Positions 11,349-24,816 are shown, counted from the first letter of the stretch. The stretch is 64,000 nucleotides of DNA from Tubulanus polymorphus (GCF_964204645.1 NC_134026.1:19378150-19442149); one strand, 5' to 3'. Notes: generated from the letters alone by a model not told the origin. Translations and numbers: made by a program.

Positions 11349-14300
11349 ATACTTGTGTGCGGTAAAACAGAAGCTGATCTTACAGTAGTACTTGTTCACG
11401 AGCTGGAGTTGTTATATGATGTCGAAGAGTGATAAAACTACTAATTACATGTTCAGAGTAACTTTGATGAAGATACTCTGTACTGATTATTATTATCTAA
11501 TCATAAACGAAAGGGGTTTCAGAGAAAACGCTTCAATCGTCGTTCATTTTGAGACCTCGGTATCGACGAATCAAACAAACTATTTACTACATGTAAAAAA
11601 AAACCCCGCAAACATACCTTTATCTTGAATTGGCCGTAAACGAAGCACGAATTGGATTAGACCAATTCGGCCATTTTATTTAAAATTTACATCGACGTAG
11701 AAATATTTCTTTCGAACCTTCATCACCAGCTTCGTCGTAGTTGCCATTGATTTCGAATTGGACAATAATCGCTGCCGAGCTTTTATTTGTCGTTTCCGTG
11801 CCCTATAGAATCGTTGAATTATTATTACTATTATTATTATTATATTATATAGAATGCTCTATTGACTGTTTAACGCTGAAGATAATATTGTTGACATTTT
11901 CGATCGCGCCCGGAAATGATGATACATACTCTTTACCCAATAGATTGGAGAATGCTGTTTGCTGATGTACTGCAAAGCATCGCCTCTTCTGATCTTGGTT
12001 GCACAAATCGGTGAAATATCTTGTTAGAATTTTTGTTTTTATCGACCACTTCAGAATAAAAAGTAGTTCACAATTTCAGTATCAATTCAACTCGTTTGCT
12101 GGTGTCATAATTTGATTACTTATTTAGCAATATATTGGCAATGGCGGTGGAAGCACAAGAGATAGTCGGCAGCAAACTTGTTGATATAGATATAATGAAA
12201 TTCATTTCACAATTGTGGAAATGACTTCCCTATGGCATGAAATTTATTTGTGAACCCGACTATCGAATGCAAAACTGAAATTCTTCGAAAAATATATTTC
12301 GTCAATCGTAAGAGATTCTATTGGCTAAAGAGTGTGTCATAATCTCGCGTTTGATTGGTTACGTTTTGTGGTTCTCGTTACATTTTGAATATAATATATG
12401 ATAGTTGCGAATAATCATATTCTTCCGAAGGTACTATTTTTGTCGTCGATATTTTTAGAGATATTTTGTGTAGTTGGATTCGTTGGTCAGTACGAATATT
12501 ATATAGTTAAGAAACCTTCGCGTTTTATATATGTACCGTAGAAAATAGTGTAATTCGCCAGTCGGACTTTTTTGGAAATTTTTCCCGAACTGCATGAAAA
12601 CAAAATGGAAATTCGAAAGAATCCACACGCTCTATTGTAGAATGTGATATATAGGAATTTTAAACCGCAATTACTTCTTTTTTAGGAAATGGGTTCCGAG
12701 CTATCGATGTGCCAAAAATATTTACTGCGTTTATCAGTTTGTAAATTCTCCGGCTTTCTTGTGAACCGTCGAATATGCACTTGTGTTGAAACTGAGAAAA
12801 ATCAATTCCAAATTTTGAGCGAAAAAGGAAAATATCTGTGTAGTTTTTAGTTAGAGATTAGGAAAAGAAACGTGACAAAGATTTTCATATAAAGACGCGG
12901 ATTATATTTTCATTTAACTCCATAGAATTGCTTCCTGATAAATACATCGCTATATTGATGATGAACATATCTGTCGGATAGAAAAAGTAGATGTTCTTCG
13001 AACTAAATACGAAATGACATTCCAGTCGTTCGTGAAATTTTGCGTAAAAAAAAAATATGAGTAAAACTTTGCATTTGCTTGCTTGCATTCCAGTGCCGGT
13101 CCCGAAAGAGAGAAGTTCAAATTGTGAGTGGGTGCGAGCCTCGAGCCTCGATCGAGGTGAGATCGATGTGAATCTTTATCCGTGTGTACAGTACGGTAGA
13201 CTCCTCCTCGCTCGGTGGTAGACATATAATCATATATTCAATAGACTGCTCACATATCTGTCAATATTTGTCGACCACTTACCGAGAAATTTTATCCAGT
13301 ACTCTCAGTATGGTATATATTATATAAATATATATATGTATAGCTTTCCTGGCTGTCTCGAAATTTTAAGGAATGAAACCTAGTCAACTCCTCCGAAGCA
13401 TTTCCTTTTTACTTATTAATCACGTCGGAAAAGTTGCTTCCCTTCATTTCATACCTAAGTGTAAAGTACGATACATGATGAAACGTTTAGTAAATGCGCG
13501 AGATTCTTCATCTACTCTTAGAGCGATATTTTCTTGACGCCGTGTGGTGATTCTGAGATTTTTTGCTTAAATAACTTAAAGCGTAGCTCATCGTTATTTT
13601 GGTATCGTCGTCGAATTCTCGAAATGCATGTGATACCTAACAAATCTGCTCTTGTTCATTATTTCAAAGCCTTAAAGCGTATATGGTTATATATTTTTGT
13701 ATCCTTTTTAAGCACACTACGAGATACTCAAAATTTGGGATTCTTGTCTCCATCCCCCTGAATTAAGTTTGGATGCCACTTTACAGGATATATTGTAAGC
13801 ACTTCTATTATGTTTGAAATCAGTCGCATAAGTACACAGAAAAGCTTATGTTATATCAGTATGCCCTTTGTCAAACAACCTACAAGTTTTTTGAAGTAGA
13901 TTTTTGAAGACCCGGAACACTACAGATAGTAATGGAATTTGTACGAAATGTGTTGTTATACGCGCACATATGTGTCGTCGAAGGTCTCTTCCGATTTGTT
14001 GAAGCTCTCGAGAAAGACCCTTTCTTCTGACAATGAACTACAACAAGTGAATTCATCGAATTTTTACGCAACAGTCAACTTGTGCTCTAACAAAAAGCGT
14101 ATGAATTTAAGTTCTAGGTAGGCTATATACTAGGCAGAAAAAAAGTGGTGAAATATGCAACCTAAACGTGTGTACTTCGTTTTGCATTTATTTTCATGTT
14201 TTCAAGCACTTGATAACTTTTCATATAAGAAAATTCATTTACATATATTCGATAAAATCAATTGTTGCTATTTCACCTAACTGAAGAATTTCGTTCTAAC

Positions 14301-17300
14301 TCTAGAGGTTAAATACGTTCCATTTGGGCGGAAATCATTTAGTTAGGTTCATCAGATTGATCGTCAGATCCGGCCGGTTCCATTGCGGAGTTGTCGAACA
14401 GTTACTCTTTGCATTCCGAATGTTAGTGGCCCTGAATACATTTATTAACTCGATCATGCAACTCAGTTGAAAATGTTGAATTTGTCTCCTTAAGATTTAC
14501 CTTACCATTCCTTCTAATGCATTTACGGACAGTATTTTGTCTCGAAAGAAAAATTCAGCTCTGTAACATCGGAGAAGATTTATTTCCATTGTGAGGCATT
14601 TAGAATCGCGATATTTCTAAACGTATATTATACGTAGTATTATGTACCTGTAGAATTTGAATTTGTTTTACGGCATATAACGGTCACAGTGTGTTGTTCT
14701 CTGTTTGATTAGACTGTAGAAGCAAAAATCTAGTTCAATCAACAGGTTGAATATTTTGCAATGGAGATGAACACTTGAAATAGAAAAGTGAAGTGTTGAC
14801 ACCAACATGCTTCGCGCAGTTGCTGCAACTGCCTGGGTTTTTACTGGATCTATTTTGAACAGGGGACGGGGGGGGGGGGTACTCTCCTCACTTTCAACTG
14901 ATTCGATCAGTTATTCCGATCAGGTGCGGATCCAGACCATATTTCCCGTATATGTTTCGGTCAAATGTTTTGGCGCCCTTCCGAAATTCTGCATGAAATT
15001 TTGTTGATCTGCCCACTGGCACCAGATCTCTGGTTGGGGGAAATGGCTGCCAGAAATACACTAGAATACACTGAATGGGAACGAAATTTTCTTGGGGCCT
15101 GAACCCTTGTCATTAGCTCCCGCAAGGCATGGATCGTGGACTACATTGTATACAGGTGCCTTCTTTTCCGTCAAATATGGTCTAGAAATTCCCGGGATCC
15201 TCCATTACACTTAGCTTAGCTATGCTTAGCTTATGTAATCATTGGATATGTCAGTACATTACTTAGGTCATCCTAATATTCGTGTTGCGATTTGAGTTCA
15301 ATTTACGAAGTGTAACCCTGTCTGATATCGAGTACTATAAGAAGTACTGTTGAATAATGTTTTAGAAAAAACCTGTTGTTTTGCCCTGTGCTTTTTTTGA
15401 ATGCGGAAACGACGTTGATAGACAAGCTCTTCTCAACGTGGCCTCAAATGAATGAAATACACATCGACAAAGACGTAACAGCTGACACTTGGTGGCACAC
15501 ATGCTCGTGCGGGAGGGAGATTGGTTTCTGACATTTTTTATTACATTATTACATTGATTTTGATATCGTTTAGTTGTCGTTGCGTTTTCTTTTTATTACA
15601 CTACGTCATTGTGGACAGCTTATATAATTGTGTACACTGCGGTCAAACCCGCTTAATTTCGATCAGTTTGTTTCGATCTAGTCCAGTTATATTGTTAAGT
15701 TATTAACGGACCGCCTTCATGGCCCGCAGAAGTGTACCGTATTTAGAATATGGTGTTTGATCCGGAATTCTCAACTTAAGTCGGATAAATTGCCCCGGTC
15801 CGAAAAGAGTTCACCTCAGCCGTGTCTACTATAACGCGTTGTACCCAAATGAGAAATGACAATTTTAAGTGAATATAACAATTTGTCGGTTTCATTTGGC
15901 CCTTCATGTTGGTAGTAAAATCAGATTATGCCGTAGTGTTATTGCCGTAGCGTCATGTGTGTGGGATTTCTTGTAGCGGTGTTTGCTTATCCCCGAAGCC
16001 TACCGAGTACGAAAAAAAGAGTTTACTGTCGAAAAAATTTTGAACCAATGCGAGAAATCGAAAGTAATTAGTTTTACTTATGAAAACAGGACTGTTTATA
16101 CATGTAGCATATACTATATACTATTAACAACACCTTTTTTTTTAATCAGAGCGAGAACATCTGTGTAATTCATGTTTTAGCGCTATCGTATTTATGTTAT
16201 TAGTAATTGGTTTTTATCGCTATTAAAAGATGGCTGCCACCTGTCAAACGTTGTGAAGTATTAGTATCTAGCATCTACACTGCTTCTAGCAATACTGATA
16301 CACTTTCAAATTGTCAAATTATCCCCAGCAATTTCGGGTATCAATCAATCAGCTTATTGATTAATCGGAAACTTTCTCTAAAGCCAGCTGTGTAGGTCAG
16401 CCTTGACCGCTTCGTTGCAATTCGATTCTCTGCGACCAACGACGATCGCATTGCAAAGCTTTTTCGACCTACGTGACTGCGCGTGAAGCATTGCTACAAA
16501 TCGATGTTACTGTCTCTCCTATAGTTGCAATCAGCGTAGACCGTTCTTGTGACTATGAGAATCTATAGCAAACCGTTGACTGTGTTGCGGTCGACCTTAT
16601 CACCAATTTGTGACAGTTGCAACTGATTGTGTTGCAAGCGGTGGCATGTTGACCGACGCGTGCCTTGGGCTCATCAACGATTTTAGAGCGCATAGGCTTA
16701 TGCCACTTTGAAAAACGGATCTTCACTCATTGCTAAGACGACAGCATTTGAGACAGATGTTCCACTTGAAAATAACGTTCAGTCGATCAGAGATAAGATA
16801 TTATTTGCCTCTATATCCTCGCTAAGAGCAGCGCGAAATATCTATTGATAATTTTTCGTGAATATTTGTTTTGCTTGTGTTTTAAGTACGGTATCTAGTC
16901 AAACGAAAGCAATAACTTTTTCGATGAAGTCAGAATTTTATGACATTGTCTGTCGATCTAGCCTGTGTTTTGTTTCGAAATGCCTTTTTAGATCTCGGAA
17001 GGTAATGAATTTTAGAATTGTTGGCTATTAAAATTTTTATCGATAAGTATTCGAAGTTGGCAATATCGTCGTTGCATTTCCCGAGTATAATACGTGTCTC
17101 TCTCCATTGCTGGTTTAGATTCAAGTTAAGATTGACAATTCGAGATGATTTTAACTGCTTCTGCACGGACGCCGAATCATCCGCAAAATCACTGACGGAG
17201 TTCAGTAGTTACAACCTGATACGATTAGTCAGATCGGTATAAATCAGATAGACGTTCAAAGCCAGAGAATAATATTGGGTCGGAGTGCCTTTGAAATATA

Positions 17301-17469
17301 TTTCTGTCAGATCTACGAAGGTGAAAACTCGTATAAGTTGTAGTATTTTTATGGTCCAAACGATGACAAATAATGATGATAATTAGGACTGGCATTTAAG
17401 CCCTGGCGCAGCGGTCAGTCGGACACCGGGGTTACAAACAAGCTATGCTATTACCGTTGTTGACCAATG

Positions 17470-17713
17470 CAGGCATGGATCCAGAGGCGGGGGTTTAGGG
17501 GTCGTGACCCAATCCCCTGCTCGGCTACTAAAAAAATGTTTTAATCGTTTTGTTGAAGGAATGTACTCAAGACAAAACGGGTGGATAGTACCACATAATC
17601 GGTACCATATCATTTTATGTTTGGCCAAACAATATGCTGTATAATCCCCCTATCATTAGAGTTTTTAGTCAGCAGTTTGAGCCCCTCCCGGAAAAATCCG
17701 CGATCCACGCCTG
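17470..17713. mobile_element. hAT-like MITE (CAGG..GGATC termini)
   Basis: caggcatggatc ... gatccacgcctg. Relatives at ~14920-15018, 18112-18376, 39953-40215 and a fragment at 41993; TSDs not clear. Confidence 0.55.
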
Positions 17714-18111
17714 CCATGGATGTATAAACTGTAGTTTAAACATCCATGGTTGAACGTTTTCATTTGTAAGCTTAAAAATCCCACTTTCTTCCCAAGTCGT
17801 AGAAAATCTTCCAGTGCCAAACATTTAACAGAGAGACACTGTTTCCTGTACATTTAAAAATAGTCTTCCGGTTTTCAGAATTCCATACTTTTTAACTGGG
17901 CTTTAAGGTTTTGTTGGTTTTGATGATTATTAACTCGGTGTGAGAATGAATTTACTCGATCAATTCAAACACGTAACTACATGAAATATGCTAATTGTTA
18001 TTTATGGTGTTCGAGGTGCAATTGTTAGCTTAGAATTCGCTTGTAATACCGGCCGTATACTGGCCGTACTTGAGATAAAATCCTAGTATGATCATTTTGC
18101 AGCTTTTGTAT

Positions 18112-18376
18112 CAGGGTCGGATTCAGGGGAAATTTTGAGACTTGTAAGTGAAAGTCCATCAAATTTTTGGGTGCCTTTTACATTTGTCATCTAAGCAGAT
18201 TGGTGCATTCCTGTGCATGTTGCCATTTTAGACATCAAAGTGCCCTTTTTGGATGGGATAAATTCTTCGAAATAACCCCTCAGTGCGGGAGTAGGCCTAA
18301 TAATGCCTTTTTGGCATAAAAGTGCCCTTTTGGGATGGGCCAAGTCCTTCAAAATTGGCCCCTGGATCCGCCACTG
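18112..18376. mobile_element. hAT-like MITE
   Basis: cagggtcggattcagggg ... cccctggatccgccactg, with internal aagtgcccttt repeats. Confidence 0.55.
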
Positions 18377-19797
18377 GATATGTTATGTTTCAGAACTGGG
18401 GCAGTTCTTCAGAGTTCGAAAGATCCTTAGATTTCTAGCTACGAGTTGAATATTTGGAAATGATTTGGTCTCAAATTTGACTCGAACTGCGGAACTGGGT
18501 TCTTGAGAATGTGTTTATTCATAAACACGTGGATAATTTTGGGCTCCCAAATGAAATAAAAGGCTCGTATGAAATACAATATTATGTACTACATTAGTTA
18601 GTGATATAGTGATACTGTTAGTTATAATCTGTGTTCTCCATATGCTTAGATTTAGACAGGCTGCATTTGGTTCATCGTGGACGCCGAAAGCAAAGCTTCT
18701 GCTAAGGGATTTAGGGTTTGGAAAGTGATGAAGCTTTATTTTGGTTAAATCTGCTATCCATCACATAGACTAGAGTCTTTAATCATGATCACATGAGCGT
18801 TTTTGACCAGGACCAAATTTGGTCCGGGGCAATCATTGACAATAGTGCGAAATGGGTACTATCCTGGTTGATTTGTCCACTAGTGCCAAGTTTTAGCATG
18901 AGGGTCAAATTATTTCATGTGAAATGTTAACTGGTTCTAGAAATGACTTGTTTCACCACAGCATCATTTCGATGGCACGAGTGAACGATTTATCCGTCAA
19001 TGTACCCTATGACTCTGGTTTGGTTCAGGCCAGTTTAACCAAATGGTCGGTGCGATCGCAGCATGTGGTCAAATTACGAAATGAGAGTGATATCGTATAC
19101 ATTGACAGATCATTTGCATAGAACATCATAGACGTCATTTACTAAGATACGAGGGATAGCAGATTTTCTTGGAGAGATGGCTCATTTTCAGGGGGGGGGG
19201 GTGAATATAAGCTGCGATCAAACAGAGACGATTTCCAAATTTGGCCCGTGCCTAATTAGAAAGCGCGCTCACACGCAAGCCATGCCCTCACTCGATACTA
19301 AAATCAACATGAGTGTGGCAGCCCCTTTACAACACCTGCGGAGAACACTGATGATAACGATGAAATCGATTATACATATTGATGATGAGTTAATGGATAA
19401 TTGTTAAATAATATAGTTAGTATCGTATTGTTGAAAATGATATTTTAAATGATAATTTACACGTCACGAGTCGAGAGAGTATTTTACATAAATGTATTAA
19501 TTTTTCATTTTTTCATCTTCCCTATTTACAAGTGAACTGCATTTTCCCCTTTTTTTTCTTTAAACCATATATATAGATTCAACTGCGTGTCGGAGCGCTT
19601 ATTTTCGAAGATTAAGAATTATTATTTTATTTTATTATATAGATATTTACATATATATTAATATATAAACATACATTATGTTTGATAATAGGTTGCTTTC
19701 TCTATAATTGCATAAATATCAATTGAATGAGATTCAATAAATTAGTGGAAAACAGTCAAACTATATTCGAATTCATGTTGTTGTTTTTCTTCATCCT

Positions 19798-20840
19798 ACA
19801 GGACGAACTTGGTTATCGGAGTTAGCAAACCGTGCCGAGCTTTTCTGAAGGGCAGTTCTGTTTCAAGAAAAAGGGCACCTTTTCACCATAAAAGGGGCAC
19901 TTTCTTATTGAAAAAGGGCAGCTATCTTAAATAAGAAGTGCCCTGAAGTACCTGAATAAATCATTTGAGAATTGATTACTTTTCATTTTCCAAAAAAAAC
20001 ACGAAAATTGTATCCAAATTTCGAAAAATCATTAGGCCTACCCAAATCTTTCTAATTAAACTGACTTTTTGAAGGGCGCTTTGAACATTTTAGGGCCTTC
20101 GTTCGCTAACCCCGAACCCCCTTGGTACGGGGTCTGTTCAGTCGACTATTTGCGACTTAAATGAAACAGAATTTCGGTTAGTCGGACATGGCCGACTTCG
20201 CGATTGAGCACGGTCGCTGTCATTCGGACATACAGTAAAACCGACCCTCCGACTGTAGCCCGTCTAAAATCTAAAAATCCGACATCGAATAATTCGAATT
20301 TTCAGCCTTTTTTCCCGAAAACTACGACTTGACAATAATTTCTGTGAACGGAAAAATCAAATCAACATCTACGAGAATTGATTCAAAAACCTTGAAATAT
20401 TTCGGATTAAAGTTTCTATTCTAATTCACTAACCACAACTAGAATATCGACTGTTGACATGTCTGGTCGATTTTAAGCAAGGAACAGGGAACAAATCAAA
20501 CGGCAATGGAAAGTCAGTAACCCTCCGACATTCGGTGAGTGATTTAAACTAATTTTATTTTGGGACGAGGAAAGATACGAGATAGGCGAGTCTCCGCCTT
20601 ATTAAATCCGACGTTGGAATATAAATTTCTTTTGAGAAAGAGAAGGAAAAATCGGGACCATCAATATTCATCCGATATAAGCGAACATCAGACTCGCCGA
20701 TCCGACTTATGCGAGGTTTACTGATGTTCCAAGATGGCCGATGTTATACGTTGGTGCGTGCGTTCGGTTATTAGCTCCGACCAGGGAGGTGGGAGTCACT
20801 CCCACCTCCCTGCTCCGACCAATAGTCGACACTGGTTTTC
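19798..20840 (+). mobile_element. MITE carrying three nested insertions; uninterrupted inverted copy at ~23995-24215
   Basis: Blocks cgaacttggttatcggagttag, gagcacggtcgctgt, ccaagatggccga and gcgttcggttattag match the reverse complement of 23995-24215. Interrupted at ~19825-20135, 20233-20723 and 20783-20811. Confidence 0.7.
20233..20723. mobile_element. Tc1/mariner-pogo-like MITE
   Basis: ta|cagtaaaacc ... ggtttactg termini with internal tccgac/gtcgga repeats. Confidence 0.55.
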
Positions 20841-21471
20841 GAATTTGGTCGTGTGCTCTGCTGGATCCAGTTTCACGAAATAGATAACCTCAAACTATGT
20901 GCGTGTATGTATGTTAAATTTTTCAAAATGGCGGCCATCTTTTAAACGGCCCAGATGAGTGGGTACCCCTTCTGAAATTGAAGCCATATATGTTACCATC
21001 AAGGCTGAAAATTTCATGAAATCCTCATAATGAGCAGTATCATTCTGAAAGTTGGGATCTGGGAGCAGACTATCTGGCTTTGGTCGCTAATTGTTGAAAT
21101 TACGCCGCCGAAACATAAGCCAATAACAAAAGCAAATAGCTTATTGAAGCCTGATTTCCAAAGTTGATTGTGATTATTTCTACTTCTCGCCTGAGAATTT
21201 CCTCGTCTGCGCAAAACATTGAAAGCGGCTTTTGTGCGTCTTTTCCGCCATTTAATAACACTTCCCTAAATCTAGATTACCATAGCTGGACTGTATGCAG
21301 TAACGTTTACTGAAGACTTAACAATAGTACAATGTAAACCCATTTCAGCGCTCTCAGAGAGGGGTTACTACTGCCTGCTAGCCGGGTGACAGTTGAATAA
21401 CTGGGACGTTAGTGAACACACATAATATATATACCGGGTATTACAAGAGAACTTGAAATATATACACAAAA

Positions 21472-24400
21472 ATGGCATCGATTGATTTGTCTGGAAATTG
21501 GAAACTAGATCGAAACAGCGAAAATATCGATGATTTCTGGAATTTTTTATCTGAGGGTACGTACGCGTTGGGAATTCCTCAAGCGAAGGAATTATTAACT
21601 ACCTCAAGTAGATTCTAACTTGCTTTTTGCCTGCTCAGAAATGCGGCTTAGCAAAAAACAATCATTCATGATATCATTGAATATTTATGTTTGATATAAG
21701 AATGAAAATCTTTTTGGTAGGATTGTTGTTTCTATTGTATAGATTGTGCGTTAATGGTATTTGGTCTAACTTGTAAAATTCTGGTTTTTCGTTCAATTTC
21801 TGCAATTTCTCTAACCTGTGTGTATCTTTTAACTTTTCTGTATGGTCTGATACGATAAATAGATAGATGAATAAAAAGTTTAATTTACTTTTTTCAAAGA
21901 CTAGACATATGTAAGTGAAGTGATTATCGAGGGCCGAGCTGTGGAGTTTATTTACATCCATGTACCAGTCTTTCTAAAAATGAGACTTAAGCTAAGTTCA
22001 GGTCGACTACAACCCCATCATATAATCGAAACGGCCTGCGATTTTATCATCGGGAACCGTTTCGACATGAGTTTGTTTACGATCGCGGCGAATCGAGGCC
22101 TTTATCGCTTCCGTATACCACCTGAGTGTTCCTACGACGTTGCTACCAACGAATCGGCAATGATGTCACGTGATCGGGTCGTAAGTCGACCTGAGGTTAG
22201 CTTAGAAGCCGGAATCGCAAGGATAGAGCAAGTTCATTTTTCTAAGACCCGATCAGATCGTCGTAGCCAATCAGCGACGAGTTATGCGTCACATGACCTT
22301 TAGACTCGGTGACAAACGAATCACCAAACGGCGATTACGTGTTTACTACCGCAGTTCTTACGACGATTGGGACGTAAGTCGACCTGAGCTTATAAGCTCG
22401 TGTCGACTTACGACCCAGAAGTATTGGAAAATGCAAAAGCCATTTTACTGTTTCCGGAGTGATGTGTGCCAAGCGAGTACTGGAAACACATGGGTCCAGT
22501 TCCTCTAACTCACAACTGTGGAACTGGGTCATGGTGACTGGAAACTGTAAAGCGTGTAGTCTAGCTAGGATAGACTACACCCTTCCCGTTGATAAGTTAT
22601 TCTGATAGGCAGACCCATTGTGCGTTTAAATTTATTTCGGTCAGTTCTACATTTACTTTCAGGCGCCAGTTTTATCCAGCGCCAAAAACTAAACGTAGCG
22701 AAAAAGTTTAAACCAGCCTGCGTTATTTTACAAAACGGGAACCATATCCGAATCGAAACGAAAGCGTTGAAAACGATGACCGACGAATATGACATAGGTG
22801 TGCCTGTCGAAACAGAACAGATTGGAGCAAAATATAAAGTAATTATATTTTAGAAAATTCTTTGCATTCAACTGTATCCTCAGCAATTTCATATATAACA
22901 CCTAATCAAACACAAATAAATGTGTACATAATCCAGATTCTTTCCAGTTTTTGGTGAAGCCTGCCTCAATTTTATGGGTTTTATATATGGCCATATTTGT
23001 GTAATTCAAACTGCATCAGATCATGGACGTATAAACTATATTATACGTCCATGATCAGATCAGTGAAGATGTTTGTTATCAGAAATATGCAAGTCAATGC
23101 AGTCTCGACTTCTCGAAAATTCTAATTTCTGAGGTTAAAGGCGAAAATATAGAATGTTATTGTCGAGTCAGCAATAAATCGATAGCTTTCACGCCAGCTC
23201 GTTCAATATATTTTTGACATTCGTTCAACCTTTGACATTAAGTACGCGTGCTGCAGGCAAAAATAACTGTCAATTCCACGTTTTTTCCATTCACGACGAA
23301 TTATCAAAATTAGAATGAGTTGCTATTAGAGGAATCTTGCAAAATATTGAAATGCACCTTTTCAAAACTCAGTGTCCTATGTCAGAATTCTTTGAATAAT
23401 TCACCGCACAATTCTGCTTCACAGATCTTCTTCCCGTTGAGACCTCTTTAGCGTGATTCAACCTGCAATTCTTGATGATCTATTTTAAAACTTGGTATGG
23501 GGATTGGGGAAGGTATGATGGCTGATTCGGGCCAAACTAAAAACATTTTCTGTACGGCTAGAGCAACGATAGAAAAAATTTCAAACATTTTGGTTTTCTC
23601 GTGCGAGAAAAGAAAACATTTTGGTTTTCTCGCGCGAGAAAATTTTTTTATCGTTGCTCTAGCCGTACAAAAAATTTTTTTAGTATGGCCCGAATCAGCC
23701 ACCATAGGAAGGTGAGATGTCCACCCTATTAAAAAATGGAGGTCATCGGCCATCAAATATGGCCGCCAGAGCAGCCATCTTGAATTTCTTAGCATGATAT
23801 AGCCTATAATTCTTGATGGATATCCATGAAATGTGATGTGAGAGAAAAGACAGGTTTATCAATTCCGGACTTTAACCTTACTTTTTTTAAATTTTTGTTC
23901 GGCAAAATCAGCAGTTTTGCACGTTTTTGAAGTTTTTATGTTTTGAATCTTGTCTTAAGGTTTGGCATGTATCCCATGACCCGGGTCTATTTCGGTTTTC
24001 GTAGCTAGTCGACTAGTGGTCGGAACTAATAACCGAACGCACCAGAGTTCGGTCGTAGCGTATTTCACAGTGTCGGCCATCTTGGAAATGGGTCGGAACT
24101 ACAGCGACCGTGCTCAATACCGTGGTCGACCATTTCCGGACTATAGTTCCGACTAACGGACGTTTCATTTAGTTCGACTATAGTCGACTAACTCCGATAA
24201 ACCGAAGTTCGCCCTGGCATCACAAGAAAAGTGGGTCGATCAAAAACAAGATGGCCGTCTTGTGACCTTCTTTTGTAAAAAAAATTGTAGCTTATGACAT
24301 GTTCTATGAGTTTCAAGATGATTCATTACTATACATGTTCACCAGGAGGCATTAAATTTTGAAATTATCTGATTATCGGGCTTTCCAGACCTCTTGCCAA

Positions 24401-24816
24401 GTGGGTATGGTTTCCCTGGATTCGTAGTTTCCAATGGTATTCTTTTTCATATTCAGGCTACAGCAAGTTGGGAAGACAATAAATTGAAAACTGATATGGT
24501 CCCCAACGGCGATAAAGGTTTCAGCCACATGATCTATAGAGAATTGGTAGACGATGAGTTGGTGCTAGTAAGTGACAAACTACTCGACGACGACATAAGC
24601 AAAATGATCAAAGAATTTTTTGGAATTTTCACAAATACAAAATCTCGGTCCTATGGCCATATTTGCGTTATTCGACTGCAACTATTTGCTTCGGATATTT
24701 GCCGGCACGTACTCATTGTCCAGATGTTTATATTTATGCTTTTACTCTTTTTTCAGAATATCGTCGTGCCGTCAAAAAATGTCAATGTGAAGCGATATTT
24801 CAAAAGGCAGGGCTAG
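21472..24816 (+). CDS. Fatty acid-binding protein (iLBP/FABP family), paralogue B, 143 aa
   Basis: Exons 21472-21556, 22663-22838, 24457-24567, 24757-24816, GT-AG with phases 1,0,0. Motifs LSGNWKLDRNSENIDDF, KPACVILQNGNHIRIET, SWEDNKL, RELVDDELVL, VKRYFKR. Confidence 0.9.
21992..22392. mobile_element. MITE in FABP-B intron 1
   Basis: TIR taagttcaggtcgact / agtcgacctgagctta, with internal repeats of gtcgtaagtcgacctgag. Confidence 0.6.
23019..23056. repeat. Perfect 16-bp-arm palindrome
   Basis: gatcatggacgtataa-actata-ttatacgtccatgatc. Confidence 0.9.
23446..24431 (+). mobile_element. Helentron-like copy with nested MITEs in FABP-B intron 2
   Basis: caaaatcagca, caagatggccgtc, ttgtagcttatgacatgttctatga and the 3' end ccaagtgggtatggtttccctgga match the family. 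It hosts 23514-23706 and ~23995-24215; the 5' boundary is approximate. Confidence 0.65.
23514..23706. mobile_element. Fully palindromic MITE with TAT...ATA ends and 6-bp TSD (IS3EU-like)
   Basis: tatgatggctgattcgggcc ... ggcccgaatcagccaccata, flanked by ggaagg on both sides. Confidence 0.8.

Noticed and set aside
12300-13300. Promoter-like CCAAT boxes and a donor-like gtgagt at ~13124
   Set aside because: No linked coding exon found; it could be a non-coding exon but cannot be supported without RNA data.
21920-22532. Cluster of 65-127 aa ORFs
   Set aside because: They lie in intronic MITE sequence of FABP-B and show no protein motifs.
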